Source: a virus. From it: a stretch of DNA of 58,570 nt. The DNA lies in IMG/VR virus record IMGVR_UViG_3300006153_000019, positions 1 to 58,570 of that record. One strand, 5' to 3'. The position numbers and the translations under genes are program-made. The notes below the pieces were generated by a model, which worked only from the letters and a program-made list of their open reading frames with translations, did no database searches and was not told where the DNA came from. Positions 26,627 through 35,233 of this stretch are shown piece after piece. The first letter of the stretch is position 1, and each line of letters starts with the position of its first letter.

Positions 26627-26800
26627 TTATTTTTTTATGTCAGACTTCAACTTTTTAATCCCTCTCCTTGTCGCTTCCATTTTACTGACTTTTTCCTGTT
26701 CGCAATATGCGCTTAATACTTCCTCGCTCTCTTTGTCAAGCCGCACATGGATTGATGTACCTTTAGGATTATCGGTTGGTCTGCCTGTTCGTGGACTCAT
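26627..26800 (-). CDS. RHH regulator, cassette b
   Basis: MSPRTGRPTDNPKGTSIHVRLDKESEEVL..; SD GAGGTGATACAG. Confidence 0.6.
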   Translation of the reverse strand: MSPRTGRPTDNPKGTSIHVRLDKESEEVLSAYCEQEKVSKMEATRRGIKKLKSDIKK

Positions 26801-26820
26801 CTGTATCACCTCACTTTTGA

Positions 26821-26861
26821 AGCCCATAAATATATTATATATTATGTAGCCCAAAAGTCAA
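26821..26861 (-). promoter_or_regulatory. promoter/operator b (TTGACT, direct repeats AGCCCA)
   Basis: conserved aaaagtcaagcactttt box; the stop of 26858..27445 lies inside the -35. Confidence 0.5.
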
Positions 26862-27445
26862 GCACTTTTTTCAAAATAGTTTAAATTTTCTGCTATGGCG
26901 GTGATACAGGACTTCACCCATGGGCGGAAATCTTTAGTACTATCTTTGGAGAATGTGTCTGTTATAACTTTTTGAGTTGCCTTAATAGACTCAATTTCTG
27001 CTGCCTGCCGTTTCTGCTCTAACTCAATCTTAGCTTGGCTTTCAATCAGTGCATAAGCCCTCTGTAATTCGGGGGATAAATTAGAGTAGTCTATCGCTTT
27101 CTGTTTTGCCTTTTCCTCTAGCTGGGTGAAATACTCCCTTGCCTGTTCTGCCTTTGCACTATTACCTTTTACAGACAACTTCTTTGCAAAGTGAGCAGTT
27201 AAATTGTAATCCTCTCTTTCCTTTATTCCAACTCCCGACTCGTACTTAATGACGAACCGTATAAAATCAATGTTTTCCTCTGCAAATTCATTTTCTGAAA
27301 TATTGGTTTTACACCATTTGGAATAATTGCTTGGACTAAGTTCTAAAAACGCATATAACTTACTTGCTGTGGTCATTCCATTTTCATCAACATCTAAAGC
27401 AACTTCAATGGGTGTACGAAAATGAATATTAGTAATTTCTGACAT
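26858..27445 (-). CDS. antirepressor-like protein, C-terminally truncated paralog, cassette c
   Basis: ATG after AGGAGGT; shares ..QKVITDTFSKDSTKDFRPWVKSCITAIAE.. with cassette b, then ends in promoter b. Confidence 0.6.
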   Translation of the reverse strand: MSEITNIHFRTPIEVALDVDENGMTTASKLYAFLELSPSNYSKWCKTNISENEFAEENIDFIRFVIKYESGVGIKEREDYNLTAHFAKKLSVKGNSAKAEQAREYFTQLEEKAKQKAIDYSNLSPELQRAYALIESQAKIELEQKRQAAEIESIKATQKVITDTFSKDSTKDFRPWVKSCITAIAENLNYFEKSA

Positions 27446-27575
27446 AATGATACCTCCTATAGAAAAATATGTTGATTTTCCCATAAGAGGCTGATATAAT
27501 AAATTTGTCAATCTCTTATGGGATTAGATTAGCATTTAATAAGGTAATCGCTTTCTTGGTCGGAACAGGATTGCC

Positions 27576-27758
27576 TTATTTTTTATTGCGTGCCTTTTGA
27601 TACTCACTTTCTATACCATTTCTGACTATTTCAGATTTTGTTATGCCTAATTCTTTTGCTGTAAATTCCAACTTTCTTTCTGTTTTTTGGTCAATACGAA
27701 CTCTAAGCATAGTATCTTTACTATTGTCAGATTTTGGTCTGCCTGTCCTTGGCGACAC
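27576..27758 (-). CDS. RHH regulator, cassette c
   Basis: GTG start; SPRTGRPKSDNSKDTMLRVRIDQKTERKLE..SEIVRNGIE. Confidence 0.6.
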   Translation of the reverse strand: MSPRTGRPKSDNSKDTMLRVRIDQKTERKLEFTAKELGITKSEIVRNGIESEYQKARNKK

Positions 27759-27779
27759 TATCTTTCCTCCTTTCTTTTT

Positions 27780-27820
27780 GTCGCTACATTAAATATAATA
27801 CTGTAGCGACAAAAAGTCAA
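27780..27820 (-). promoter_or_regulatory. promoter/operator c (TTGACT; inverted repeat gtcgctaca / tgtagcgac)
   Basis: inverted-repeat arms 27780..27788 and 27802..27810 bracket the -10. Confidence 0.55.
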
Positions 27821-27885
27821 GCACTTTTTGAAAAAATTTAATGGAGGAGTTTCCGATTCCAAATCGGAAAATAAGTATCTATTTC

Positions 27886-27919
27886 ATTGTAACACAGGTA
27901 AATAAAAAATTTGTACCAT
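27886..27919 (-). promoter_or_regulatory. TGGTACAA-N19-TACAAT promoter, left half of a palindromic divergent pair
   Basis: tttgtaccatttgaaat ... atttcaaaatggtacaaa palindrome at 27910..27953. Confidence 0.5.
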
Positions 27920-27943
27920 TTGAAATATATAGGTAATTTCAAA

Positions 27944-27977
27944 ATGGTACAAACTATTTTTACATATATGATATACT
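27944..27977 (+). promoter_or_regulatory. TGGTACAA-N19-TATACT promoter, right half; transcript would be antisense to the J-domain gene
   Basis: plus strand reads ATGGTACAA, 19 nt, TATACT. Confidence 0.4.
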
Positions 27978-28153
27978 GATATATTTTCAATCAATCTAAT
28001 TATTGTTTACAGTAATTACATTATTTTCATTTGACATATTTGTCAACCCCTAATTTTACAATAGAGTGCATCAAATTTGATGCACCCCTGCCGGTAATAA
28101 CCAGCTTCAAAAGCATATATAATATGTAGTTACTATATAAAAAAATGTAATAA

Positions 28154-28981
28154 CTACACCCCCCAATCATTTTTAAGTCTATTAAGCAACTGCATTTCTT
28201 TTGATGTATCAATATCTGGATTTGCGTCTGGGTGAAATTTCTTTGATAGAACTCTATAAAATCGCTTGAACATTTCCTTATCTTCACTCGTGTAGTTACT
28301 AGAAGAAAATTTGCCATAACTACTTGCATTTCCTCCAAAGAATTTATTGTAGTTACTATAGAAATCTTCTTGATAACTACGGCTTTTTTCTTCGTATTCC
28401 TTACGTTGTTTGTATTCCCTCTTTATTTTTTCAAGGTATTCTGGGTTTCTTAATTTCCCAAATACATCATAGCATTTATCATACTCCTTTTCGTCTACTT
28501 CATATTCTCTTGTAAATTCTGTTTTACGTAGTGCATAAATTGTGGTTATTTTCTCATGTTCTTGATGTACTTTGTATTCTTCGGTCTTTGAAAACTCGTC
28601 TTGTATTTTACTTTCCAAGCCAGATATCTTTGTTTGAATCATATCATAAATTTCATCTACATCAGCAGAAAGTTCTTTTGCAATTTCTTGTATTCTAGTG
28701 TCACACCAATCATACAAACTAAATGTATCTGTTGCAAATTCATAATAATTTGCCGTACATAAAACGAATTGTTTTTTCTTTACTCTACCATTTTCTCTAT
28801 AACTTTGATGTATGCTTATGCGATATGCTTTTTTTATTGGTCGTTCAAAACTTTCTGAACTATATGTCCAGTAATAATAATTACCTAAAAGACTACTGTT
28901 CATTTCTCTTGACAAAAGTTCTTTCGCATAGCCATTTTTATTTGGTTTCTTTGTTTCTATCTCTTGAATAACACAAAACAT
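28154..28981 (-). CDS. protein with C-terminal J-domain (HPD motif)
   Basis: ..MFKRFYRVLSKKFHPDANPDIDTSKEMQLLNRLKNDW at the C-terminus; ATG after GGAGGA. Confidence 0.6.
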   Translation of the reverse strand: MFCVIQEIETKKPNKNGYAKELLSREMNSSLLGNYYYWTYSSESFERPIKKAYRISIHQSYRENGRVKKKQFVLCTANYYEFATDTFSLYDWCDTRIQEIAKELSADVDEIYDMIQTKISGLESKIQDEFSKTEEYKVHQEHEKITTIYALRKTEFTREYEVDEKEYDKCYDVFGKLRNPEYLEKIKREYKQRKEYEEKSRSYQEDFYSNYNKFFGGNASSYGKFSSSNYTSEDKEMFKRFYRVLSKKFHPDANPDIDTSKEMQLLNRLKNDWGV

Positions 28982-29059
28982 AATATCCTCCATGTAGTTA
29001 TTACATTTACTTTTGCAATAACTACATTATATCTTTTAGATACAGAAGTCAACCCCTTT

Positions 29060-29095
29060 TTAAAAAAAATTTAACCAGCCATAAAATAGCTGGTT
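29060..29095 (-). terminator. rho-independent terminator, copy 2 of the repeated junction, followed by TTGACT promoter of the J-domain gene
   Basis: same aaccagc/gctggtt hairpin and T-run as 25591..25626. Confidence 0.6.
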
Positions 29096-29371
29096 TCGGT
29101 CTTTCTTAATAAACTTTCTGGTATGTAATCATCTTTCCCCAACTTGTTGGGGAAACCAAGGATAGATTATGATATTGATGATTGGGAAAGTGATATGTCC
29201 GAGATTTCTAATCAAATATTAAGTGCTGAAAGTGAAGAGGAGATAGATAAGATAGTGGCGGATTATTTGAAAGAAAACAGCAGCAAATAGATTTTGATTT
29301 TTAATATAAATTATTATTTTAAAACTATTTATGCAGAAGAAAACCCCCAAGCACATGCCAGGGGTTTTATC

Positions 29372-30334
29372 TTATTCAAGGCTAATAATAGGTGTTCCAC
29401 TACCGCTTACGGTAGGAACATTGCCCGTCCACTTGTCAATCTTTGTTTTTTCCAACAGTTCATCAGTCAAACTTTCGGAAATCATACGATTAGCATTAGC
29501 TTGGGCTTCTGCATTGATTCTTATTATCTGTGCGTCAGAGTCTGCTTTAATCTTAGCAGCTTGGGCAGCTCCTTCTGCTGCAATCTTGTTCTTTTCAGCT
29601 TCAATTTGAGCCACACTTTTTGCTTTTTCTGCTTCTACTTCTGCTACTTTTTTAGCTGATTCAGCGTTAATCCGTGCTGTTTCTGCTTGTGTCCGTGCTA
29701 ATTCCTGTTCTTGTTGGGCATTAACTTTGGCTTGTATGGCTTCTTCGGTTTTTGGGTCTACTTTGATATCCGTGAAATTAACTGTGTCGATAATTATTCC
29801 ATATTGGTCAAACTTCTGTTTTAAATAAATATCTAACTGATTGTTAATTTCAGTACGCTTATCACCAAATATATCCGTAACCGGATACCGTGCAGTAACT
29901 TCTTGTGTCCAGGCTACGACTTTAGGTTTAATAAAATCATTTTTTACTTTATCTCCGCTTTTACCTTTGAATTCAATAAAAACTTTGTCAAGTCGTTCCC
30001 TATCAAACTTATAAGAAAATTCAAGGTTGACAGTTACTGTTTTTCCGTCTGACGTTGGGGTATTGAAACTTTCGTCATTTTTAGAATCGCCTTTGCTATC
30101 AGAAGTAAGATAACTTTGCTCAATTCCGATAGAGTAGTTTGTTACTTTTTTTGTTGGAGAAACAAGATGAAATCCTTGGTCAAGAATTTCTCCCGCAACT
30201 CCGCCGTTCATATTATACACTACTCCAGCATACCCAGCAGGTATATATTCACTGCAAGTTACAAATCCAATGACGGCGATTATTGCCAATACAATAAAAA
30301 ATATCAATCCCACTATGCCAGTACGTCTTTCCAT
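29372..30334 (-). CDS. SPFH/Band-7 (prohibitin/HflC-like) membrane protein
   Basis: 320 aa; N-terminal TM, ..GYAGVVYNMNGGV..GFHLVSP.. and Ala/Glu/Lys-rich coiled coil. Confidence 0.75.
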   Translation of the reverse strand: MERRTGIVGLIFFIVLAIIAVIGFVTCSEYIPAGYAGVVYNMNGGVAGEILDQGFHLVSPTKKVTNYSIGIEQSYLTSDSKGDSKNDESFNTPTSDGKTVTVNLEFSYKFDRERLDKVFIEFKGKSGDKVKNDFIKPKVVAWTQEVTARYPVTDIFGDKRTEINNQLDIYLKQKFDQYGIIIDTVNFTDIKVDPKTEEAIQAKVNAQQEQELARTQAETARINAESAKKVAEVEAEKAKSVAQIEAEKNKIAAEGAAQAAKIKADSDAQIIRINAEAQANANRMISESLTDELLEKTKIDKWTGNVPTVSGSGTPIISLE

Positions 30335-30364
30335 TCTTACACATCTCCTTTTTTGTTTGATTTA

Positions 30365-30496
30365 TTTGCTTAAAATATCTTTAATATCATTCCAGAGATA
30401 AGCAAAAAATTTGCCTATAGGTCTGAATAAAAAAGATATTGCAGCCAAAATTATGACAAAAACTATAAATATTAGTAAAAAGAAAAACGTATTCAT
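30365..30496 (-). CDS. 43-aa single-TM protein upstream of the SPFH gene
   Basis: ATG after GGGGGATTAT; MNTFFFLLIFIVFVIILAAISFLF.. Confidence 0.4.
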
Positions 30497-30521
30497 ATAA
30501 TCCCCCTTATGTTATGAATCC

Positions 30522-30737
30522 CTATTCTTTTTTCTGTTCCTGTACCGCTGCTGCATCCGTCATGCCCTCACCGATAATATACGCAATCAGCGTTCCGCCT
30601 GCCATGATGATAGCTGTTATCTGAACCGCTGTGTTTTCTGGCACCTGTGCTAATGTCATGATGGGGGTTACAAACCCTACTACAGCCGCCCAGAACTTGC
30701 GACTTGTCAATTTTCTTGCCCAGTCAATCTTTCCCAT
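30522..30737 (-). CDS. putative holin (two TM segments)
   Basis: 71 aa; follows xhlA-like gene; KLTSRKFWAAVVGFVTPIM.. and ..ITAIIMAGGTLIAYIIG. Confidence 0.55.
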   Translation of the reverse strand: MGKIDWARKLTSRKFWAAVVGFVTPIMTLAQVPENTAVQITAIIMAGGTLIAYIIGEGMTDAAAVQEQKKE

Positions 30738-30750
30738 GTCTTTTCTCCTT

Positions 30751-31062
30751 TCATAACAATACTAATACAGCACCAACTACAGCACCAATAACAGCACTGA
30801 TGATTGATGTCACGATTGCCATTTTGATTTGTTTGTGTGCTTCTGCTGGTTCCTTTTCTAACGCTTCCAACCGTTCCCCTTGTTTTTGTTGTTCTACTAA
30901 CATGCTTTCCATATTAGTTGCCATTTTTTCTATTGATGTAGTCAATGCATGAATTTGCTGAACCATCTTTTCCAGTTCGCCAATACGGTTATTTTGTCGG
31001 CGGTTTTCTTCATCTATCCGCTTGGAAAATTCTTCATGTAGTTCTTTTGTAATATATTCCAT
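30751..31062 (-). CDS. xhlA: XhlA-family lysis-associated membrane protein
   Basis: 103 aa; coiled coil plus C-terminal TM, architecture of PBSX XhlA. Confidence 0.6.
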   Translation of the reverse strand: MEYITKELHEEFSKRIDEENRRQNNRIGELEKMVQQIHALTTSIEKMATNMESMLVEQQKQGERLEALEKEPAEAHKQIKMAIVTSIISAVIGAVVGAVLVLL

Positions 31063-31093
31063 CTGTGTATCACTCCCAAAACTTTCTATATTT

Positions 31094-31127
31094 ATAATAC
31101 ACTAAAATTTATAATAGTTTGTACCAT
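31094..31127 (-). promoter_or_regulatory. TGGTACAA-N19-TATTAT promoter for xhlA and the holin
   Basis: minus strand reads ATGGTACAA, 19 nt, TATTAT. Confidence 0.5.
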
Positions 31128-31252
31128 TTAAAAAGCCTGTGGAAGAAAATCCCACAAGCTTCTTAAGATACCTATATTTCATTATTACAATTACTCTACT
31201 TTATCTATCCATTAAATAAAATTTGGTTTTTTTATTTTATAAAGTCGTTTAA

Positions 31253-31286
31253 ATGGTACAAATTTCCCTCTATTCAATGTTACAAT
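31253..31286 (+). promoter_or_regulatory. TGGTACAA-N19-TACAAT promoter for the plus-strand tail operon
   Basis: plus strand reads ATGGTACAA, 19 nt, TACAAT; divergent partner of 31094..31127. Confidence 0.55.
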
Positions 31287-31440
31287 AAAAATACCAGTTT
31301 TTAAACTGGTCATTTTCTATTCCTATCCTCATTCCAGTGATGATACTGGATACCCTTTTGGACGGTGCAGAGCTTACTTATTTGTTATAGGTAGGCTCTG
31401 CAAACACGAAAATTTATTTATTAACATAGCAACGGCAAAA

Positions 31441-31487
31441 GGGTGCTAACGGATACTAATTGTGTCTGTTAGTGCCCTTTATTTTTG
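31441..31487 (+). terminator. intrinsic terminator inside the 5' leader of the tape-measure gene (attenuator candidate)
   Basis: 10-bp stem GGGTGCTAAC / GTTAGTGCCC then TTTATTTTT, ending 5 nt before the SD GGAGGTGAG. Confidence 0.5.
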
Positions 31488-31498
31488 GAGGTGAGTTT

Positions 31499-34400
31499 GT
31501 GGCAGATGGTCGGGTTGTAATTGATACAGAAATTAACACAGATGGTATTGAAATTGGCGAAGCAGATATTGTCAAAGCTATGAAACGACTTACTGTATCT
31601 ATTAACCATCTATCTGACAAAATCCAAGGACTTTTTACTGGAATAGGTATTGCTGCTGAAAAATCATATGGCCAAATTCAGAATACATCAAAAGGTATAA
31701 ATGAAATTTCAAATTCTGCACAATCAGCAGAAGAAAATATTGAAGATTTGCAGAAGCAAATGGAATCAATCACTATAACTGGATTAGATTTTGAACAAAA
31801 AGAGTTTGATTTGGAAGAGGAACCAAGAACTATAACTGTTAAAAATGTTGGTTATGACAAAGCAGCTATAGAATATATTGAGAAATACAGTCAGGAATCA
31901 ACTAAAGCTGCACAAGATGTCAACCAATTACAAAAAGAAATTTCTGAATTGCAAAACAAACTAAAAGAACTTGAAAAATCACATGTTTATTTTGGTGATG
32001 ATGAATATGATGAGGCTTTTATAAAGCTTCAAGACTTAAAACAATCTCTCAAAGAATATAAAGAAAATTTAGTTAGCCCTATTGATACTACCACAATGGA
32101 GGGGGAAATTGAGGCTTTAGTTAGCAAACTTTCTGAATTAAGAAGGGAAGGCCAGGGACTAGGCGATACCGAATATGATGAAACAGTACGTCAACTTGCT
32201 ATAGCTAAAGAGAGAGTAAAGGAATATGCTGCTGAACTTTCAAAAACACCAAAAATGGTTGAAAGAGAAAATCAGCTTTTAGCTGAAAAACAAGCAAAAG
32301 CAGAGGCGGCAGCAAAAAGAGAAGAAGAACAACAGGCTAAAGCACAAGCTCGTGCAGAAGCAGTAGCTCAAAAAGAAGCTCAAAGGCAAGCAAAAGCTGA
32401 AGCGGATGAAGCAAAGAGAGTAGCAGCAGAAGAAAAAATACTTGAAGCAAAAAGAGCTGTAGAAGTTCAAGAGGCAATGGAAGAACAGCGACTTAAAGAG
32501 ATTGCAGAAACAGCCCGTGTATCTTCTGATGAAATAATAAATATGCGGCAGGAGCTTGAAAAATTAAGTTCTAGGCAAGCTGATTTAAAAAAGGCCGGAT
32601 TAGGAGAAGGTTATGAAGAATATGACCAAAATATTATTAGGATAGAAAATATACGAAAAGAAATTGATGAATATAGAAAAACACTTACAGATGTTGAAGA
32701 AAAGGCAAATAGAAATATTTTTTCTGGAATAATAGAACAATTAAAAAAACTATCAAATATAGCCCAGAAGGCATCAACAGCATTAGCAAAAATAACCGGA
32801 CAAAGAATTTTAAATGGTCTAAAAAAAATTACTGCTGGCATTTTTGGGCTAAATAAGACAACAAATAAATCTACATCAGGTTTTAATACATCTTTAAAAA
32901 CACTATTAAGGTACGGAATTGGCATAGAATCATTATTTACCTTAATAAATAAGCTTCGGTCTGCATTAGTGGAAGGTTTTAAAAATTTAGCTCAATATTC
33001 TAATGATACTAATGCTACGATATCTGGCTTAATGGCCTCGCTTGAACAATGTAAAAATGCTTTAGCTACAGCATTTGACCCAATTTTACAAGCAGTAGCC
33101 CCAGCTTTAAATTATTTAATAAATTTGGTAACAGCAGCAGCAACAGCAGTAGCACACTTAATAGCAGCTTTAACCGGAAAAAGTACCTTTATAAAAGCAA
33201 CTAAAGTACAAAAGGATTATGCTAAATCTCTTAAAGGTACAGGTAGTGCAGCTAAATCAGCAGGAGAGGATGCCGAAGGTGCACTTGCTCCATTTGACAA
33301 ACTCAATGTTATGGCTGATGAAGCAACAGGAAAAGGTAGTGGCGGCGGTGGTGGCGGAGCTGGTGGAACACTAGCGGAGGATATGTTTGAAACTGTCCCT
33401 GTAGAGAGTAAATTTAAACAGCTTGCAGATAATCTTAAAAAATTTATTAAATCGGAAGATTGGAAAGGGCTTGGCGCTTATATTGCAAATGGTCTTAATG
33501 CAGGTTTGCAAAAGATTTATGACGTAATAAGTTGGGATAATGTAGGGCCTAAAATTACATACTTTGTCAATGCATTTACAGAAACTTTTAATAGTATTGT
33601 AGATAATCTTGACTGGGATTTGCTTGGCGGAACTATAGGCGCAGGAGTCAATACAGTTGTAAATACTCTCAACCTTTTAATTGAAGGTATTGATTGGGAA
33701 AATATTGGAATCAAACTTTCTGTCGGATTCCGCGGAATGTTAAATGAAATTAACTGGACTAATTTAGGCAATCTTATCGGAAATAAATTCATGATTACAT
33801 GGAATATATTCAAGGGATTTGTTGACGATATGTGGAGAACGAATAACTTCACAGGGTTATCTGGTTGGAATGAGCTTGGAATTTCATTGGCACAGGGATT
33901 TAATGGCGTCTTTGAAAAAATGGATTTTGGCCAAATTGGTACAACTCTAGGTAAAGTAATAACAGGAATATTTCAAGCTGCTATAGATTTTGCAAAAACT
34001 TTTGATTGGAAGGGACTTGGAGAAAATATAGCAAATGGAATAAACCAGTTTTTAGAGAATTTTGACGCTACAACGGTGGCAAAAGGAACTAATGAGGTAA
34101 TAAAAGGATTACTTGACTCTCTGATAGCAGCTATAGAAAAAACTGATTGGCATTTGATGGGGGAAAAACTAGCAGAATTTCTTGAAAATCTTGATTGGAA
34201 TGGAATTGCTGATAGAGTTTTTGAAGCAATAGGCGCTGGTTTTGGAGGCTTTTTTAGTTTCCTTCAGGGACTTATAGGGGACGCTTGGAATGATGTAATA
34301 GATTGGTGGCATGAAAACGCTTATGAAGATGGCGAATTTACTATACAAGGACTTTTTGATGGCATAATAAATAAGTTAAAAGATATTGGTTCATGGATAA

Positions 34401-35224
34401 AAGAACATATATTTGACCCATTTATAAAAGGATTTAAAACAGCTTTTGGGATTCATTCGCCTTCTACAGTAATGCAGGAAATGGGTGGCTACTTAATGGA
34501 CGGTCTGAAAAATGGAATTAGTAATTTTATTCCGAATGTAATTCAAAAATTTGCAGACCTAAAAAATAAAATAATTTCCAAATGGGACGAGGTAAAACAA
34601 AATACTGCTACTAAATGGGAAGAAATTAAAAGTAATTTATCTCAAAAATGGGATAACTTAAAAACTACTGCCGGAACAACATTCAACAGTATAAAACAAA
34701 AAGTATCTGAAATGTGGGGAAATGTTCAGACGGATACATCTTCCAAATGGGGAGATATTAAAAATACTCTATTTGGAGTTTGGGAAAGTCTGAAAGATAA
34801 AGCAGAAAAAATATTTGGCAAAATCAAAGACGCTGTGAAAAATACTTGGGAGAAGATACAAGGTTTTGATGGAGATGTAGGAACTGCTGGACGGTCAGCA
34901 CTTGCAGCAGCTTCAGCAACAGTAAGAACAATGACCCCATCAGCTCAACCAGTGAATCTTCCTCGCCTGGCCTCTGGTACTGTAGTCCCTCCCCGTGCTG
35001 GTGAATTTGCTGCTATTTTAGGTGACAACAACCGTGAATCAGAAGTAGTATCTCCGTTATCTACCATAAAACAAGCGCTTGTAGAAGCTCTTGGGGAATT
35101 TAATGGAATGGGTGGAGATATCAACCTTAATATAAATCTTGACGGAAAAGTTATCTATCAAGATGTGATAAAAAGAAACCGAATGGAAAAAAATCGTACT
35201 GGCAAGAACCTTTTGTTGACATAG
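31499..35224 (+). CDS. tail tape measure protein
   Basis: about 1240 aa from the GTG after GGAGGTGAG; coiled-coil N-terminal part, G-rich segment, hydrophobic repeats; followed by distal-tail genes. Confidence 0.85.
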   Translation: MADGRVVIDTEINTDGIEIGEADIVKAMKRLTVSINHLSDKIQGLFTGIGIAAEKSYGQIQNTSKGINEISNSAQSAEENIEDLQKQMESITITGLDFEQKEFDLEEEPRTITVKNVGYDKAAIEYIEKYSQESTKAAQDVNQLQKEISELQNKLKELEKSHVYFGDDEYDEAFIKLQDLKQSLKEYKENLVSPIDTTTMEGEIEALVSKLSELRREGQGLGDTEYDETVRQLAIAKERVKEYAAELSKTPKMVERENQLLAEKQAKAEAAAKREEEQQAKAQARAEAVAQKEAQRQAKAEADEAKRVAAEEKILEAKRAVEVQEAMEEQRLKEIAETARVSSDEIINMRQELEKLSSRQADLKKAGLGEGYEEYDQNIIRIENIRKEIDEYRKTLTDVEEKANRNIFSGIIEQLKKLSNIAQKASTALAKITGQRILNGLKKITAGIFGLNKTTNKSTSGFNTSLKTLLRYGIGIESLFTLINKLRSALVEGFKNLAQYSNDTNATISGLMASLEQCKNALATAFDPILQAVAPALNYLINLVTAAATAVAHLIAALTGKSTFIKATKVQKDYAKSLKGTGSAAKSAGEDAEGALAPFDKLNVMADEATGKGSGGGGGGAGGTLAEDMFETVPVESKFKQLADNLKKFIKSEDWKGLGAYIANGLNAGLQKIYDVISWDNVGPKITYFVNAFTETFNSIVDNLDWDLLGGTIGAGVNTVVNTLNLLIEGIDWENIGIKLSVGFRGMLNEINWTNLGNLIGNKFMITWNIFKGFVDDMWRTNNFTGLSGWNELGISLAQGFNGVFEKMDFGQIGTTLGKVITGIFQAAIDFAKTFDWKGLGENIANGINQFLENFDATTVAKGTNEVIKGLLDSLIAAIEKTDWHLMGEKLAEFLENLDWNGIADRVFEAIGAGFGGFFSFLQGLIGDAWNDVIDWWHENAYEDGEFTIQGLFDGIINKLKDIGSWIKEHIFDPFIKGFKTAFGIHSPSTVMQEMGGYLMDGLKNGISNFIPNVIQKFADLKNKIISKWDEVKQNTATKWEEIKSNLSQKWDNLKTTAGTTFNSIKQKVSEMWGNVQTDTSSKWGDIKNTLFGVWESLKDKAEKIFGKIKDAVKNTWEKIQGFDGDVGTAGRSALAAASATVRTMTPSAQPVNLPRLASGTVVPPRAGEFAAILGDNNRESEVVSPLSTIKQALVEALGEFNGMGGDINLNINLDGKVIYQDVIKRNRMEKNRTGKNLLLT

Positions 35225-35233
35225 GTGATAAAT

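Noticed and set aside
28027-28338. 103-aa minus-strand ORF overlapping the 3' end of the J-domain gene
   Set aside because: It is out of frame with, and largely inside, the better-supported 28154..28981 gene, and it extends over a hairpin and promoter region.
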